Source: a virus. Taken from it: a stretch of 64,000 nt of DNA. Below, piece by piece: positions 62,122-64,000 of the stretch. The notes beneath the pieces were generated by a model that saw only the letters and a list, made by a program, of their open reading frames with translations, searched no databases and was not told the DNA's origin. The position numbers and the translations under genes were made by a program. Location of the stretch: the IMG/VR virus record IMGVR_UViG_3300018080_000165, positions 1-64,000 of that record. One strand, 5' to 3'. Positions within the stretch are counted from its first letter, which is position 1. Every line of letters starts with the position of its first letter.

Positions 62122-62316
62122 TCACGCTCTCCGATTCTTTTTCCCTGTCCGTTTCTTCGGTACACTTTTTCCACGTCCGCCCCGGACAAGTTTCTGCGAT
62201 CCTTTTTCCATCTTCCCTTCTTTCTGAAGGGCAGACGTAGCGATGGCAAAAGCACGGCTTTCGTCGAAGCCTTGCCGCTTGAGTGCCGCTACTCTCTTGT
62301 CAAGAATTCTAGGCAT
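62122..62316 (-). CDS. Small basic protein (E.RAFAIA motif)
   Basis: GAGG RBS; coupled to the upstream gene. Confidence 0.5.
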   Translation of the reverse strand: MPRILDKRVAALKRQGFDESRAFAIATSALQKEGKMEKGSQKLVRGGRGKSVPKKRTGKKNRRA

Positions 62317-63121
62317 CTGTCCTCACCTGAAGTTCGTTGGAGATGGCGATGCGCCCATTGTAGTCCGTCGTCCCAACGACGATCCAATAGACGGTATCGG
62401 GAGTCAAGTCACTCAGTCTAGCGGCGTTCTGCCACTGTTCCTGAGAGATGACAAGAATGGGTTCAAGCCCTTCTCTCACGCCTGGATTTGTCAAAGCGGA
62501 AGAAAGGCGCGTCTTATCTTCAATCTCAGGAAGCGTATCGATGTAGACAACGTAAGAGTAGAAGTCACTCACCGTTGCCCGCGTCCACTGGATGTCAATC
62601 GTCGTGTCCGTCTTCTTCAACAACTGAAGCGTTGTTTTCGGAGGAGTGTGTTGAACATCCGTAGGAACCATAGCATCGATCACAATATCTCGCCGGATGA
62701 GTTCTCCTTGAAGAATGCTCTCGTCACCGAGAGTGAGTTGAGAATCATCCAAGTAACGTTCGAACTGTTGCCGAAGTTCCTTTTTGATGAGCGCATTGTT
62801 TTTTACGCTTTGGCCTGGATCGGTTTTCCCGACACGAGAATCAATCAGGAAATACTTGGCGAAGTGGAGTAGGCGCGAATCAGTTACCATCATCGCGGCC
62901 CAAAGAAGAATTGCAGGTTCTTCAATGGGTTTCACTTCATCGAAACTTTGAATCTCTTCATTGAAGAGACGAGCGCCGTCAAAAAGAAACGCCGAGAGTT
63001 CATTGTCTGGTAGCTCATCGTGCGGCACGCTTCCCATAGAGCGCAACCGCCCGATGAGTTCCAGACGCTTCGGGGAATCGATCACACTGTACTGATCCAG
63101 CAACATCACTTCGAAAGACAT
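62309..63121 (-). CDS. Putative head-tail adaptor with C-terminal FN3 domain
   Basis: TTIDIQW...DFYSYVVY...LSDLTPDTVYWIVV...SNELQVRT = FN3. Confidence 0.65.
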   Translation of the reverse strand: MSFEVMLLDQYSVIDSPKRLELIGRLRSMGSVPHDELPDNELSAFLFDGARLFNEEIQSFDEVKPIEEPAILLWAAMMVTDSRLLHFAKYFLIDSRVGKTDPGQSVKNNALIKKELRQQFERYLDDSQLTLGDESILQGELIRRDIVIDAMVPTDVQHTPPKTTLQLLKKTDTTIDIQWTRATVSDFYSYVVYIDTLPEIEDKTRLSSALTNPGVREGLEPILVISQEQWQNAARLSDLTPDTVYWIVVGTTDYNGRIAISNELQVRTDA

Positions 63122-63132
63122 CGTAATTCCCC

Positions 63133-63717
63133 TTACTCAAGCGTGATGGCGTTGTCTCCCTCTTCAAGCGCGTCTGCCACGAAACGGGGGCAAACGTATT
63201 TCATCCCGTCGAGAAAGCTGTTGTACACGTCCTGAAAACTAAACGTGCCTATCGTCGGTGCGGGATGGTGCGACTTCATGGCGCGAATCGTGACGAGTTC
63301 CGTACTGCGCGCCAAAGTCGGATTCGCATCCGTGGGTTGATATGTCTGCATGAACCTTTTCGCCGCGTTGTCGATCTTCGCTTGAAGAGCTTTTCGCTGA
63401 CGAACTTTTTCCATCGTGTTCTGCGAGCGAAGACCGCCAGCGGAAAGAACTTCCGAGCCATCTTCTCGCAAAGCAGCTTCATCCACAAACTCAAACTCGT
63501 GCAGAAACTTTCCTGGCCTTGTTGATCGCGGCTGATTCATCTCAGCAACTTTCGCCGGGTTGTTCACGGCAGCGGAACTTTGTGGTACGATTGTTTCCGC
63601 TGTTGGAGAAGCAGACGGGGACGTGGCAGTAGCCGTGCCCACATCGCCTTTTCCTTCGTCCTTCGGTGCTTCGTTCGTGCCCGCATTCTTCGGGGGAGTT
63701 TTGTTGTCCTTCGCCAT
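63133..63717 (-). CDS. Hypothetical protein in the head module
   Basis: AAGGAG RBS. Confidence 0.6.
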   Translation of the reverse strand: MAKDNKTPPKNAGTNEAPKDEGKGDVGTATATSPSASPTAETIVPQSSAAVNNPAKVAEMNQPRSTRPGKFLHEFEFVDEAALREDGSEVLSAGGLRSQNTMEKVRQRKALQAKIDNAAKRFMQTYQPTDANPTLARSTELVTIRAMKSHHPAPTIGTFSFQDVYNSFLDGMKYVCPRFVADALEEGDNAITLE

Positions 63718-63803
63718 GGTCTTTCTCCTTTGTTAGTGAAAAATCGACACGGTTGTTTCGAGAGAGTCCACGTGTCATTCTCTCTACTCACATCCTCGTC
63801 TCC

Positions 63804-64000
63804 CTAGACGAAGGTGACTTTCTTCTGCCCTTGCGAAAGAACCGCCAACGCAGCGGTATTGCTTCCAACACGAGCAGTCACGTAGACATCTTCCGCCGCC
63901 GTGTCGGCGACGTAGCCGCTCACTTTCCCGTCAGCGTCACTCAACATCTCCACACCATCGTTTCCACCTGCCTCCGTGTCAAGAAGTTGACCAAGAGACA
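63804..64000 (-). CDS. Partial CDS (3' end), Ig-like beta pattern, possible head decoration protein
   Basis: ...SDADGKVSGYVADTAAEDVYVTARV...KKVTFV*; truncated by the window edge. Confidence 0.45.
   Translation of the reverse strand, partial: SLGQLLDTEAGGNDGVEMLSDADGKVSGYVADTAAEDVYVTARVGSNTAALAVLSQGQKKVTFV

Overview
A 64-kb segment of a large tailed (siphovirus-like) bacteriophage genome, coded almost entirely on the minus strand. Read in the direction of transcription (right to left), it contains: head-tail and tail genes (major tail protein, frameshifted tail chaperones, 1989-aa tape measure, Cys-rich tail-tip proteins; ~44.5-64 kb); a replication/recombination module (SF2 helicase, initiator-like HTH, candidate origin, DnaC-like loader, two UDG-like proteins, DnaB, primase, SSB, PolA, RecA, Cas4-like exonuclease, UvsY-like, resolvases; ~24.7-44.4 kb); a 7-deazaguanine DNA-modification cluster (queF, two queC paralogues, folE, queD, queE; 19.5-24 kb) whose DpdA/TGT-like transglycosylase lies far away at 3.2-4.4 kb; and a long operon of small genes with a MoxR-AAA/vWA pair. 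No terminase large subunit, capsid, lysis genes, integrase or CRISPR array is visible. Most notable observations: (1) at least 8 unrelated proteins, including RecA and the Cas4-like nuclease, end in the same basic-patch + [GSAP]-F-[AS]-[FL]-COOH tag, encoded with different synonymous codons; (2) a ~650-nt GC-rich, highly structured non-coding RNA candidate follows a strong promoter and a boxA; (3) a tRNA-Asn-like gene inside the que cluster is split at its anticodon loop by a decayed HNH gene; (4) a divergent second QueC next to QueF suggests a possibly new 7-deazaguanine hypermodification. All functional calls come from motif recognition by eye; no searches were run.
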